DNA of 64,000 bases from Candidatus Bathyarchaeia archaeon (GCA_038870975.1 JAVZJD010000002.1:576001-640000), one strand, 5' to 3'. Numbered from the stretch's first letter, positions 1 through 9,720 are shown. The notes: generated by a model from the sequence alone, not told the origin. A program made the numbers and translations.

Positions 1-1227
1 TAACCCTTCTACACGCGCCATTATTTCTGCAAATCTTTTAAGCATCCTAAACCCTTCTTCGTCGGCAATTTGGACAGTTAAATCCTTCATAAGGTGGAGT
101 GGATTGAGACCCGATGAAAATCTAGCAGCACCGTGAGTAGGTAGAACGTGACTCACTCCAGTTGCATAGTCTCCGAGAGCAACTGGCGTTAGCGGACCTA
201 TGAAAATTGAACCCGCGTTTCTTATTTTCTCCAATGCCTCCTCCGTATTTTTAAGCATTATTTCAAGGTGTTCAGGAGCATACATGTTTATAAATTCAAT
301 AGCCTCCTCTAAGCTATCAGCTATGAATAATCCCCCTCTTTCAAAGCTCTCAAGAGTAAGTGAGTCAGCAGAAGTATCTAGGATTTTTGAAACCTCCAAA
401 GCAAGCTTTTCAGAAGTTGAAATGAGTATTGTTGAGGCATATGGATGCTCAGCTTGAGATAAAAGATCTGCTGCTATCAATGCTGGGTCTGCTGACTCAT
501 CTGCTAGTATTAGTATTTCACTTGGACCAGCAGGTAAGTCGATGCCGACATCTCCGTAAACTAAACGCTTAGCTACTTCAACATAAGGTCCTCCGGGTCC
601 AATTATTTTATCAACCTTAGGTATGGTTTCCGTTCCATATGCCATAGCCGCAATAGCTTGTGCACCGCCCACTCTGAATGCTTCGTCAACACCAGCGATT
701 TTCATAGCTGCAAGTACTATTGGTTTAATATTCTTAGGAGGAGTACAGACTATGACTCTACGAACCCCAACAGTCTTCGCGAGTGTAACAGTCATTAAGA
801 TAGTCGAGGGGTAGGGATTAGTACCGCCTGGTATATAGACGCCGATGCTATCGATGGGTTTCCACACCACGTATATTCGCAAGCCTTTTACAGGCTCTAT
901 AAGCCTGTTTTCAGGTAAAAGTCCTAGACATACTTTCTCCACGTTGGAGCGTATAAATTCCATGGCTTCCAATGTAGTGCCATCTAACATACTGTAGGCT
1001 ACATCCATTTCTTCACGTAGTATTCTTAAGTTTTTATGGTTCAATTCCACACCATCGTAGAGCTTAGTATATTCTATGATTGCGGCGTCCCCTTTCAATT
1101 TTACATTTTCAACTATTTCCATTACGGTCTTTCTAATGCTTCCTATTTCTGGTAACCCTCTTTTCTGAAGATACCTTATATCATCCTGCGATAGAACTTT
1201 CAATCTAATTGGTTTTAAACGTGTCAA
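1..1227 (-). CDS. hisD: Histidinol dehydrogenase (3' end runs off the window)
   Basis: Not in the ORF track. Manual translation from a TTG overlapping the hisB stop (TTGA) gives MTRLKPIRL..., with GDVGIDLPAGPSEI and GDYATGVSHVLPT motifs; lies in the his operon. Confidence 0.93.
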   Translation of the reverse strand, partial: MTRLKPIRLKVLSQDDIRYLQKRGLPEIGSIRKTVMEIVENVKLKGDAAIIEYTKLYDGVELNHKNLRILREEMDVAYSMLDGTTLEAMEFIRSNVEKVCLGLLPENRLIEPVKGLRIYVVWKPIDSIGVYIPGGTNPYPSTILMTVTLAKTVGVRRVIVCTPPKNIKPIVLAAMKIAGVDEAFRVGGAQAIAAMAYGTETIPKVDKIIGPGGPYVEVAKRLVYGDVGIDLPAGPSEILILADESADPALIAADLLSQAEHPYASTILISTSEKLALEVSKILDTSADSLTLESFERGGLFIADSLEEAIEFINMYAPEHLEIMLKNTEEALEKIRNAGSIFIGPLTPVALGDYATGVSHVLPTHGAARFSSGLNPLHLMKDLTVQIADEEGFRMLKRFAEIMARVEGL

Positions 1228-1814
1228 ATTAGAACCCCCTTTGTACTTTGAATGTTACTCCGATTTTCAGCTTCAACCTTACATGCTTCTCTTAAAGCTA
1301 GGGCTAAAGCCTTGAATAGTGCTTCGAAAACATGGTGGGCATCCTCTCCGTATATATGGGAGACATGTATTGTAAGTCTGCCCGATTGAGCCAAACTGCG
1401 TAGGAAATGCTTTAGAATATTGAAGTCTAGTCCTTCAGCGAATCCGACGAATTGACCTTCCACATGCAGATACGGTCTGCCTGAAATATCTAGGGAAACC
1501 TCTGCCAGAGCGTCATCCATAGGTATTATTGCGAAGCCAAATCTCCGTATGCCTTTTCTATCCCCTAGAGACTTATTCAAAGCTTCGCCTATTGTTAAAG
1601 CTACATCTTCTACGATGTGGTGAACATTAGGCATTTTCAATGCATTTGCAGATACCTTCAAATCCATCGAGCTGTGCTTCGACAATGTCTCAAGCATATG
1701 ATCGAAAAATGGATAGCCTGTCTTAATCTCTGAAGTGCCTGAACCGTCTAAATTAAGCTCAACTCTAACGTAGGTTTCTAGCGTTTTTCTTTCGCAGACG
1801 GCGATTCTATCCAT
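1224..1814 (-). CDS. hisB: Imidazoleglycerol-phosphate dehydratase
   Basis: FFDHML, HHIVED, PMDDAL and HHVFEALFKA metal-binding motifs. Confidence 0.96.
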   Translation of the reverse strand: MDRIAVCERKTLETYVRVELNLDGSGTSEIKTGYPFFDHMLETLSKHSSMDLKVSANALKMPNVHHIVEDVALTIGEALNKSLGDRKGIRRFGFAIIPMDDALAEVSLDISGRPYLHVEGQFVGFAEGLDFNILKHFLRSLAQSGRLTIHVSHIYGEDAHHVFEALFKALALALREACKVEAENRSNIQSTKGVLI

Positions 1815-2529
1815 TTTGAGCCACCTCCATAGCTTCTCTCAAACTAAAACGTTTCTCATATAAAGCTCTACCTAGTATGACACCATAAACACCGACCTTC
1901 TTTAGGGTCAAAATGTCTTGAATAGAGGATACTCCACCAGCGTAAAACATGGGTTTCTCGATTGTCTTTAGAATCTCCTTCAATGCTTCTAAATAGACAC
2001 CTGAAGCTAAACCCTCCCGGTGAACATCCGTGTAAAGTATGCCCCAGAACATACTGGAGTCTAGTATTTCGATTGCGTCATGTAGTTTGATGCCCGTGGT
2101 TTCAGTCCAACCTCTCTTAACTATCAAACCATGCTTGACATCTAGGGCTACTATGATTTTTTCAGGACCAACGGCTTCAACAATTTTCTTAAATAGTTTT
2201 AAGTCTTCAAATACCACCGTTCCAAGGATTATACGGTGGGCACCTGCATTAACAAAATACAGGGCATCTTCAACCGACCCTATCCCGCCACCAACTTGTA
2301 CTGGTACATCTACTTGTTTAAGTATTTCGAAAATCACAGACCTATTTACTCTTGAACGTTCCATTGCACCGTTTAAATCTACTACATGCAAGAGTTGGGC
2401 GCCTTCTTCAACCCAGTATTTAGCCATACTAACGGGGTCGAGGGGGAGACTCATACCTGTCCCAGGTTTCCCCTGGACTAGTTTTACGCATCTTCCATCT
2501 TTAATGTCTATGGATGGCACAACTTTCAT
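1807..2529 (-). CDS. hisA: ProFAR isomerase
   Basis: PSIDIKDGRCVKLVQG, HVVDLNGA, QVGGGI, TDVHREG, AGGVSS. Confidence 0.95.
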   Translation of the reverse strand: MKVVPSIDIKDGRCVKLVQGKPGTGMSLPLDPVSMAKYWVEEGAQLLHVVDLNGAMERSRVNRSVIFEILKQVDVPVQVGGGIGSVEDALYFVNAGAHRIILGTVVFEDLKLFKKIVEAVGPEKIIVALDVKHGLIVKRGWTETTGIKLHDAIEILDSSMFWGILYTDVHREGLASGVYLEALKEILKTIEKPMFYAGGVSSIQDILTLKKVGVYGVILGRALYEKRFSLREAMEVAQNG

Positions 2530-3386
2530 GGGATAACCCTCTCTATAGGCACCACTAGAAGGTCACGTGCGCCAGATTTCTTAGCAAGATTTATTATTTT
2601 GTAGACCTCATTTTCATCTATAACCGTGTAAACTTCCCACATTTTCTCTTCAGCTTTTACTTCTGCAACGGTAGGCCCCGCCATGGCTGGTAGAATTGAT
2701 AAGACCCTATTTAGAAACTTATCGGGTACATTCATCATGAGAAGCTTTTTACCTTTAGCCTTAAGAACACTTTCGAGTGCGAGTTTAATCTCCATTATTT
2801 TGTCGTTTTTCACCTTTAGGCTGTTTCTATTCGCTATCAAACGAGATGAAGATTCAAGTAATACGTCTATCGGCTTTAAACCATGGATTTTTAAGGTAGT
2901 CCCCGTACTTGAAACATCTACAATTGCGTCTGCTACATTTAAGTGGGGCATTATTTCAGCAGCGCCTGTAATCGGTATGATCTCTACTTCCAGATTGAGA
3001 TGGTAGAAAAATCTGGAAGCTATATTAACGTATTTCGTTGCAATTTTAAGCCCTTCTTTCAAATCTCTAACAGTTTCGATTCCAGAGCCTTCTCTCACGG
3101 CTAGAACGAGAGAAGCCCTTCCAAACTTTAAGTCCAGTAGTTCTTCAACATCTGCGTTTGCTTCGACGACGTAGTCGTAACCTGTTATCCCTAGATCTGC
3201 GGCTCCTAATTCGACAAGCCTAGGTATATCTGCAGCCCTGGCGAATATTACATCAAGCTCAGAATCGTTTGTTCTACCGTAGAGCTTTCCTTTATCTAGA
3301 ACTTTTATGCCAGCCTCAGCCAAAATATCTAACGCTGGCTTGTGGAGTCTACCCTTATTCGGTAAAGCGAGTAAGACACCAGCCAT
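2526..3386 (-). CDS. hisG: ATP phosphoribosyltransferase (long form)
   Basis: ALPNKGRL, ADLGITG, IATKY, DAIVDVSSTGTTL; C-terminal regulatory domain present. Confidence 0.96.
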   Translation of the reverse strand: MAGVLLALPNKGRLHKPALDILAEAGIKVLDKGKLYGRTNDSELDVIFARAADIPRLVELGAADLGITGYDYVVEANADVEELLDLKFGRASLVLAVREGSGIETVRDLKEGLKIATKYVNIASRFFYHLNLEVEIIPITGAAEIMPHLNVADAIVDVSSTGTTLKIHGLKPIDVLLESSSRLIANRNSLKVKNDKIMEIKLALESVLKAKGKKLLMMNVPDKFLNRVLSILPAMAGPTVAEVKAEEKMWEVYTVIDENEVYKIINLAKKSGARDLLVVPIERVIP

Positions 3387-3389
3387 ATG

Positions 3390-4460
3390 TTAATCACCTT
3401 TGGAGCTTAAAATCGCTTCTAAAGCCTTAATGAACATGGTATTTTCATAGTCTGTTCCAACAGTGACTCTAATAAAGTCTCCTTTAAAACCATCTAGAAC
3501 ACCTATCGCTCTGATGGAGATGCCACGTTTTAGAAGTCTAGCCGAAACTTGTTTTGAAGAGAGACCTGAGTCTGATACATCTATGAGGATAAAATTCGCC
3601 TCTGAAGGATATGGCTTAATACAATTAAACCGTTTTAACGATTCATACAACGAGTTTTTAGCTTTCTTAATAGCTTCAACTTTAGCATCTACTATGTGCC
3701 AGTTTTCGAGAATCTTTAGAGCAGCCTCTTGAGCTATTAAAGAGATGTTGTAGGGTGGTTTGACTTTTAAAAGGTTTTCTACTACATGCCTTGGGGCAAG
3801 ACAATACCCTATCCTTAATCCGGCTAATCCACACGCCTTTGAGAAAGTTCTGAGTATTACTAAGTTTTCATAGTCTTTCAGCAATCTTACGGCCGTCTTG
3901 GCTGAGAATTCATAGTAGGCTTCATCTACAACCGTTAAAACACCTACCTTAAGTACTTCTTCAATCTGCTCTACAGATGGACCTAAACCAGTTGGGTTAT
4001 TTGGGTTTGGTAAAAAGAAGACTTCAATATTTCTAGAGGATAATGTCTGAATGACGGTAGCTAAGTTGAACGTAAAATCTGGATTTAAGGGGATTTTCAC
4101 TATGGAACCGCCAGCTATAGTTGCAAATCTCTCATACATTGGAAAGGTCGGGTGTAGAACAGCTACTTCAGCACCTTCGTAGACATAAGCTTTAACTATG
4201 AGGTCTATTATTTCATCCGAACCCGCCCCGATAACAACGTTATCGCTATTTAAACCGTTTCGTTCAGCTATTGCCTCTCTAAGCTTCTTAGGCTCTGGCG
4301 GATAGCGATTCACAAATCTTAAAACATTATTTATAGCCTCTAAGACCTCTTGAGGTGGAGGATATGGATTCTCATTGGCATCCAGTTTAACTATGTCTTT
4401 CATAAAGGGTTTTTCCTCATAAAGTGTCTCCGGGAGTTTCTTACGCTTTTTCACACGCAT
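3390..4460 (-). CDS. hisC: Histidinol-phosphate aminotransferase
   Basis: KLDANENP, GSDEII, NPNNPTG, VDEAYYEF, RTFSKACGLAGLRIGY. Start placed at ATG 4460 (or GTG 4454) next to GGAGGA rather than at 4505. Confidence 0.95.
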   Translation of the reverse strand: MRVKKRKKLPETLYEEKPFMKDIVKLDANENPYPPPQEVLEAINNVLRFVNRYPPEPKKLREAIAERNGLNSDNVVIGAGSDEIIDLIVKAYVYEGAEVAVLHPTFPMYERFATIAGGSIVKIPLNPDFTFNLATVIQTLSSRNIEVFFLPNPNNPTGLGPSVEQIEEVLKVGVLTVVDEAYYEFSAKTAVRLLKDYENLVILRTFSKACGLAGLRIGYCLAPRHVVENLLKVKPPYNISLIAQEAALKILENWHIVDAKVEAIKKAKNSLYESLKRFNCIKPYPSEANFILIDVSDSGLSSKQVSARLLKRGISIRAIGVLDGFKGDFIRVTVGTDYENTMFIKALEAILSSKGD

Positions 4461-4466
4461 TCCTCC

Positions 4467-4515
4467 TGTGGGAAAAGTGTGGGATAAAAAATTAGTATGA
4501 CCCACAATTTATAAG
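4467..4515. promoter_or_regulatory. Divergent promoter with shared TATA box and TGTGGG/CCCACA repeats (putative operator)
   Basis: TTTATAAG at 4508-4515 reads as a TATA box on both strands; TGTGGG at 4467 and 4478, inverted CCCACA at 4501. Confidence 0.55.
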
Positions 4516-4544
4516 TTTTACTCTTCTAATGATATTTAGAGACT

Positions 4545-4952
4545 ATGCGTATAGCAAGTATTCAGAAGATTGATGCGAAAGGTAGGATTTCAATACCCGT
4601 GAAGGTCAGAGAGGCTTTAGGTTTAAAGGACGGCATGAGGGTTCTCCTGATCGCAGACGTAGAAGAGAGAAAAATCGCTATAAATCCATTTGCAGACCCC
4701 GAGGCTAAACTCGTAGAATTTAGAATAAGTCTTAACGATGTACCTGGGGCTTTAGCTAAAGCCGCTTCTATTCTCGCGAACAACGGTATAGACCTCCTAT
4801 TCTCAGAGTCTAGAACATTAAGACGTGGGGAGAGTGCCGAGTGGATCGCGATAGCAGATTACTCTAAATGTTTTAAACCCCTCGATAAGCTTGGAGAGGA
4901 GCTTATAAGTGAGAAGTGTGTAAAAGCTGTGGAATACAAGCCTTTAGATTAG
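4545..4952 (+). CDS. AbrB/MazE/SpoVT DNA-binding domain fused to an ACT domain
   Basis: N-terminal KIDAKGRISIPVKVREALGLKDG (swapped hairpin); C-terminal LNDVPGALAKAASILANNGIDL (ACT). Confidence 0.88.
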   Translation: MRIASIQKIDAKGRISIPVKVREALGLKDGMRVLLIADVEERKIAINPFADPEAKLVEFRISLNDVPGALAKAASILANNGIDLLFSESRTLRRGESAEWIAIADYSKCFKPLDKLGEELISEKCVKAVEYKPLD

Positions 4953-4962
4953 GTGGTCTAGA

Positions 4963-5964
4963 ATGGTTAGGGTTCTACAGTATGGCGTTGGGTCGATAGG
5001 TTTAAGATTAACGAGGGCTTTGCAGTCAAAGCCTTGGATTGAAATAGTGGGGGCTGTGGATTCAGATGAAGCGAAAATAGGTAAAGATCTAGGTATAGTT
5101 GCTGGTCTTAGTAGGAGGCTTGATGTTAATGTCTATGGCAGTTTAACGGAGGCTTTAAAAAAAGTGGAGGCAGATATAGTCCTTCATGCTACAAGCTCTT
5201 GGCTGGATTTGGTTGAACCTCAGATATTGGAAATAGTTGAGAATGGGTTGAGTGTAATATCTACTTGCGAAGAATTAGCGTATCCATGGAGGAGGAATCC
5301 TGAGCCCGCTAAGCGTATAGATGATGCGGCTAGGAGAAACGGAGTCGTAGTACTTGGAACTGGGGTCAACCCAGGCTTCGTCTTAGATACTCTCGTTTTA
5401 ACCTTGACAACAATATGCATCAGCATCGATAGGATAGAGGCTTGGAGGATTGTTGATGCATCTAAAAGACGGCTTCCCCTCCAGAAGAAGATAGGATCTG
5501 GTATGAGTGTAGAGGAGTTCAGAGATGCCGCTCAAAAGGGTCGAATAGGACATATAGGCCTTAGAGAATCCTTTGATATGATTGCCGACAATTTAGGATG
5601 GAATTTTGACAGAGTTGAAGAGACTCTGAAACCTGTTGTAACATCTACGCCTATTGAAACGGAGATTTTCAAAATTAAACCGGGACAAGTTATAGGCGTC
5701 TCTCAAAGTCTAAGTGGGTTTATCAGAGGCGTTGAAAAGCTTAGACTTAATCTCCAAATGTACCTTCGAGCGGAAAACCCTAGAGATGCCGTCAAAATCG
5801 ACGGAGTACCAAACCTAGAATTTGAAGTTAAAAACGGCATACCTGGTGATGATGCTACTGTTGCAATCATAATGAATATGATTCCTAAGGTTTTAGATGC
5901 CGAACCCGGTCTAAAAACGATGAAAGATTTGAAGTTACCGTTTGCATGGCTTAAAGAACTTTAA
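4963..5964 (+). CDS. 2,4-diaminopentanoate dehydrogenase-like / DapB-like NAD(P)-dependent amine dehydrogenase
   Basis: YGVGSIG Rossmann motif, STCEELAYP, GTGVNPGF, GIPGDDAT. Confidence 0.8.
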   Translation: MVRVLQYGVGSIGLRLTRALQSKPWIEIVGAVDSDEAKIGKDLGIVAGLSRRLDVNVYGSLTEALKKVEADIVLHATSSWLDLVEPQILEIVENGLSVISTCEELAYPWRRNPEPAKRIDDAARRNGVVVLGTGVNPGFVLDTLVLTLTTICISIDRIEAWRIVDASKRRLPLQKKIGSGMSVEEFRDAAQKGRIGHIGLRESFDMIADNLGWNFDRVEETLKPVVTSTPIETEIFKIKPGQVIGVSQSLSGFIRGVEKLRLNLQMYLRAENPRDAVKIDGVPNLEFEVKNGIPGDDATVAIIMNMIPKVLDAEPGLKTMKDLKLPFAWLKEL

Positions 5965-6016
5965 GCCCATTATCAAATGAAGTTGTGTGGAATTGTACAT
6001 TTTTCCGTAAGGGAAA

Positions 6017-6025
6017 TTTTTTTTT
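6017..6025 (+). terminator. Oligo-T terminator
   Basis: T9 run about 50 nt after the stop of 4963..5964, between convergent genes. Confidence 0.5.
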
Positions 6026-6039
6026 CCAGATAAGGATGT

Positions 6040-7137
6040 CTAAAGTATTTTAAAAGTACGTTGAATCGACCTGATAATTTTCCTTCTAAACGTGTAAACT
6101 AAAAACAATATAACCACTATAACTGTGACTAACGGCAACGCGTAACGCGAAAGCCAGTATTTAAACTCTCGCATTTCATAAAACGCCAGTCTTCTATCCT
6201 TCAATTCCATATCCATAAAATCTAAAATCCTAGCAACTACAAGTTCTAGTGGCAAATCATGTCCAGAATCATACCAGTAAACGGTTTTTGGTTCTCCAGC
6301 ATGCTTGTAGAGTTGTTCACCTGCTTCAGCTGGAACTATACGATCATACTTGCCTAAGTGGAAGACTACAGGTCTAGGTGAAAAGCTACCTATGAAATTT
6401 ATAGGGTCTATTGGGTTAAGCGTCTCTTGGAGTTCTTCATAAGATATGTTGTTGAGTTGAAGGTATTCCCTTATAGGCTGTATGGCCGGGTGTTGACTCT
6501 CCCTTATCATTAGACTCATATTTCCACCAGCTACTAAGAGCGCTGCTGCTTTAATTCTAGGCTCTACTCCTATGAATATAGCGCCTAGTATACCACCCAT
6601 ACTACCGCCAACGTAACCAATTCTGCTGGAATCTATTTCAGGACGGGTTTCAACATAATCAATAGTTCTCCTCAGGTCTATAACAGTCTGTAAAATGCCT
6701 CTAACAGAATCCTCTATATCTATAGAGTATAACGCTTTACCTTCCTCTTTACGTTCACCATGATATTCTGCATCTATGGCGATTAAAGCATATCCTTCTG
6801 ATGCCGCTAGGTTTGTTAACGGTAATATGTCTTCTTTTTTACCTCCATATCCATGAAGGAATACTATACATGGAACCTTCTCTTCGACCTTCGGCAGGAT
6901 TAATAGAGCTGGAACTCTTTCCCCATTTACAGAGTCAAAATATACTTTGTAGATTAGGTATTTGTCTCCTTCAGTTAGAAGAACCTCTACAGCGTTTAAA
7001 GGCATATCTTTATCGTAGGAGTATAAACTTGAATAGTTATCTGGACATAGAGCTCCTGGGATTGAATAGAGAAGTAAGAGGTAAAATATTACGATTGACG
7101 ATGCCTCTAAAATTCGACTATTCAAAGCCCTACACAT
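6040..7137 (-). CDS. Membrane-anchored alpha/beta hydrolase (acetyl-xylan-esterase-like)
   Basis: FLHGYGG, GGSMGG nucleophile elbow, DRIVP, GHD; N-terminal signal and C-terminal TM helix. Confidence 0.85.
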   Translation of the reverse strand: MCRALNSRILEASSIVIFYLLLLYSIPGALCPDNYSSLYSYDKDMPLNAVEVLLTEGDKYLIYKVYFDSVNGERVPALLILPKVEEKVPCIVFLHGYGGKKEDILPLTNLAASEGYALIAIDAEYHGERKEEGKALYSIDIEDSVRGILQTVIDLRRTIDYVETRPEIDSSRIGYVGGSMGGILGAIFIGVEPRIKAAALLVAGGNMSLMIRESQHPAIQPIREYLQLNNISYEELQETLNPIDPINFIGSFSPRPVVFHLGKYDRIVPAEAGEQLYKHAGEPKTVYWYDSGHDLPLELVVARILDFMDMELKDRRLAFYEMREFKYWLSRYALPLVTVIVVILFLVYTFRRKIIRSIQRTFKIL

Positions 7138-7202
7138 AGCAAGACAAATTTAACTGTTGCAAACAAGGAAAAAAGTATATCTCAGGGACCGATGTAGGTA
7201 GA

Positions 7203-7616
7203 TTAACTTCTGCCTTTAGATTTTTTAAGGAGTAAACCCGCTGCGATAAACGCCAAGCCTATGACATCGCTAATTCCCGTCGGTTCTGGGAAGAGAAGGA
7301 GAGCTAAACCTATTACTTCAAGGTCTCTAGGACCTCTAACGTTTAAAGCACCTTTCTTCGCAAGAACCTCTAAGTTTTTAGCTAGGATTACCACCCTCTG
7401 AGCACGTGTTAAATTTGGTTTCTCTAATGCATCTAGGACCGCTTCTTTAAGTTCGTCAATCCGAAGCTCTGGATATCTTCGGCAGATCTCTTCGAAGCTG
7501 GATATGTTTCTTTGGAGTTTATCTAAGGTCTTGAGTTTATTATCAATCTCTTGAAGCCTGTTAAGGCTTTTTGAGAGATTCTCAAAGCTTTTAACAATAT
7601 CATCAAACTCGCTCAT
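7203..7616 (-). CDS. Hypothetical protein with a C-terminal hydrophobic hairpin (PEPTGISD)
   Basis: 137-aa ORF overlapping the stop of the upstream aminotransferase. Confidence 0.7.
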   Translation of the reverse strand: MSEFDDIVKSFENLSKSLNRLQEIDNKLKTLDKLQRNISSFEEICRRYPELRIDELKEAVLDALEKPNLTRAQRVVILAKNLEVLAKKGALNVRGPRDLEVIGLALLLFPEPTGISDVIGLAFIAAGLLLKKSKGRS

Positions 7617-8935
7617 CAGGCTCCCTCAACTATTTTCTCGACTGCTTCGATCAGCCTTTTGATGTCTTCATCTGTGTGCGCGTAAGATATCGCACCAGCG
7701 TGACCGGGTAGGAAGAACACACCATGAGTCATAAGAGCAATGTAGAAGTTCCTTTGGATTTCCAAGTCTGTCTTTAAGCGGTCTCTAGGAGACTTTATAT
7801 CGCTTCCTTCCTTCAGAAAGTGTGTCAATAGCAGGCTTCCAATACCTGTTGTTTTAACGTTTAAACCGTTCAAGCCATTAAGGATTTTATCTATGCTCCT
7901 CCTGGCTTCCTCACCAAGCCTGTTAATTTTACCATAAACTTGGTCGGCGTTCTTCTCCAAGAACTCTATAGTAGCTAATCCTGCTATTGATGACATAGGA
8001 TTGCAGGAGAACGTTCCACCACCTATCCAACATTTTTCCCATTTACGCCCAGAGGTTAAATCAGCCAGTTTAAGTATCTCTGAAAGCCCAGCTACAGCTC
8101 CTATTGGAAATCCTCCCCCTATGATCTTGCCCAATGTTGTTAAATCCGGTTTAACTCTGTAGAACCCCTGGGCACTTGAAATGCCTAATCTGAAACCAGT
8201 TATCACTTCGTCAAATATCAGAACAGCATTATACTTATCGCATGTTTCTCTCAGAAATAAGAGGTAGTCTCTATCCAGAGGGATGCAACCACTTCCAATC
8301 AAGGGTTCGATGATTATACACGCTAAATCGTCTTTACATTCTTTGAGAAGAGAATCGGTTTTTCCAATATCGTTAACTGGTATTGTTCTCGTGAATTGTT
8401 GCTCTTCCACCAAAATACCCAATGAGTCGGGTTTATCATATGGCATGCTCACACCTTTATGAAGAGTTGTGTTTCCGCCATGCCATCCCCCCTCGGCTTT
8501 AGCAACTATTCTTTTGCCTGTATATGCTCTAGCAAGCCTCACCGCATACATAGTTGCTTCAGTTCCAGAACAGCCCAAGCGGACCATATCAGCTGAAGGT
8601 AGGTTTCTCTGGATGGCTTCAGCAAGCTCTAAAGCGTAAGGATTGACCGTTCCAAAGTGGAGGCCATTCTCAACCTGCTCTTTGATACGCTTTACAACAG
8701 GTTCAGGAGAATGCCCAAGTATTAGAGCCATATGTCCCATCCAATAGTCTGCGTAGATATTGCCATCAACATCCCATATTTTTGAGCCTCTCGCTTTAAT
8801 TGCGTAGAATGGATATGGTGGAAAGAATCTTATATTGTGAGAAACGCCTCCAGGCATGACCTTTAAAGCCCTCTGGTAAAGTTCCCTAGACTTTACTGTA
8901 ATGGCTTTGTACTTTTCGACATATTCCTCCCACAT
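7616..8935 (-). CDS. Class-III PLP aminotransferase, glutamate-1-semialdehyde aminomutase-like
   Basis: MPGGVS, WDVDGNIYAD, SGTEATM, FDEVITGFR, DLTTLGKIIGGGFP (PLP lysine). Confidence 0.88.
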   Translation of the reverse strand: MWEEYVEKYKAITVKSRELYQRALKVMPGGVSHNIRFFPPYPFYAIKARGSKIWDVDGNIYADYWMGHMALILGHSPEPVVKRIKEQVENGLHFGTVNPYALELAEAIQRNLPSADMVRLGCSGTEATMYAVRLARAYTGKRIVAKAEGGWHGGNTTLHKGVSMPYDKPDSLGILVEEQQFTRTIPVNDIGKTDSLLKECKDDLACIIIEPLIGSGCIPLDRDYLLFLRETCDKYNAVLIFDEVITGFRLGISSAQGFYRVKPDLTTLGKIIGGGFPIGAVAGLSEILKLADLTSGRKWEKCWIGGGTFSCNPMSSIAGLATIEFLEKNADQVYGKINRLGEEARRSIDKILNGLNGLNVKTTGIGSLLLTHFLKEGSDIKSPRDRLKTDLEIQRNFYIALMTHGVFFLPGHAGAISYAHTDEDIKRLIEAVEKIVEGA

Positions 8936-8983
8936 AGTCTAACCTCCGTTGATCAGATAGATTTTATAAAAACCCTCCTACTC

Positions 8984-9568
8984 TTAAGACTTCCTGATAT
9001 TGAATCCTACAATACCCGTGGCAACATCATTGGAAAACTCAGAGACCTTAAGCTTTCTCAATAGAAAACTGTGGACTTTAGGTGACGGGTCGCCATAAAC
9101 TGGATCTTCAATAAAGTCGTCTAACTCGCTTATAAATGAGGGGAATCTCTTGAGATAGACTAATTTGACTTGAGACCTCTCAGACGGTTTTCTTGGCAGT
9201 AGGTCAGGGTATACGACGAAGCCTTTGAATACTTCTATAAATTTACCTCTATAACTTGGCTTGATATCTCCATAAAACATTTCACCGACCACTAGATTAC
9301 CGTATAAGAGTTTAACAGGAGGCTTATGCGGCATAGGGAATATGGAGCTCCTGAAGACTAAGGCCATTGAATACTCTCTATTTAAAGCTTCTCTCAAACC
9401 TTCATTGTAGCGTTTAAAGCCTAAGAAGTCTACGTTTTCTTCCTCGCTCTCCAGAGTAATTATGATTTCCTTATCTGTTTGAGTTAAAATCTCAGATGCC
9501 AAGAAACCGTTTAAGCTGTGGATTATACTTAAGACTTTGTTGACGATTTGATGAGCTCTTTCGCTCAT
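8984..9568 (-). CDS. Hypothetical protein
   Basis: 194-aa ORF heading a 3-gene minus-strand run. Confidence 0.7.
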   Translation of the reverse strand: MSERAHQIVNKVLSIIHSLNGFLASEILTQTDKEIIITLESEEENVDFLGFKRYNEGLREALNREYSMALVFRSSIFPMPHKPPVKLLYGNLVVGEMFYGDIKPSYRGKFIEVFKGFVVYPDLLPRKPSERSQVKLVYLKRFPSFISELDDFIEDPVYGDPSPKVHSFLLRKLKVSEFSNDVATGIVGFNIRKS

Positions 9569-9652
9569 TTGCTCGTATAGTAACTAGGAAGAATTGTATG
9601 ATTAAAAATCTTTAGATAGCCTCATCCCTAGAAGAGAGTCGTAAAATTACGA

Positions 9653-9720
9653 CGGTCAGTTTCGGGGGACCCATCAAAGCCACTGTTTAAAGGCTCAGAG
9701 ATCACCTCTATCATCATCCC
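9653..9720 (-). ncRNA. Box C/D 2'-O-methylation guide sRNA
   Basis: Minus strand reads GGG-ATGATGA(C)-TAGAGGTGATCT-CTGA(D')-GCC..GGC stem-TTTGATGG(C')-GTCCCCCGAAA-CTGA(D)-CC; canonical spacing with 11-12-nt guides, intergenic. Confidence 0.85.

Noticed and set aside
200-814. Plus-strand ORFs 200..457 and 623..814
   Set aside because: Antisense shadows of hisD
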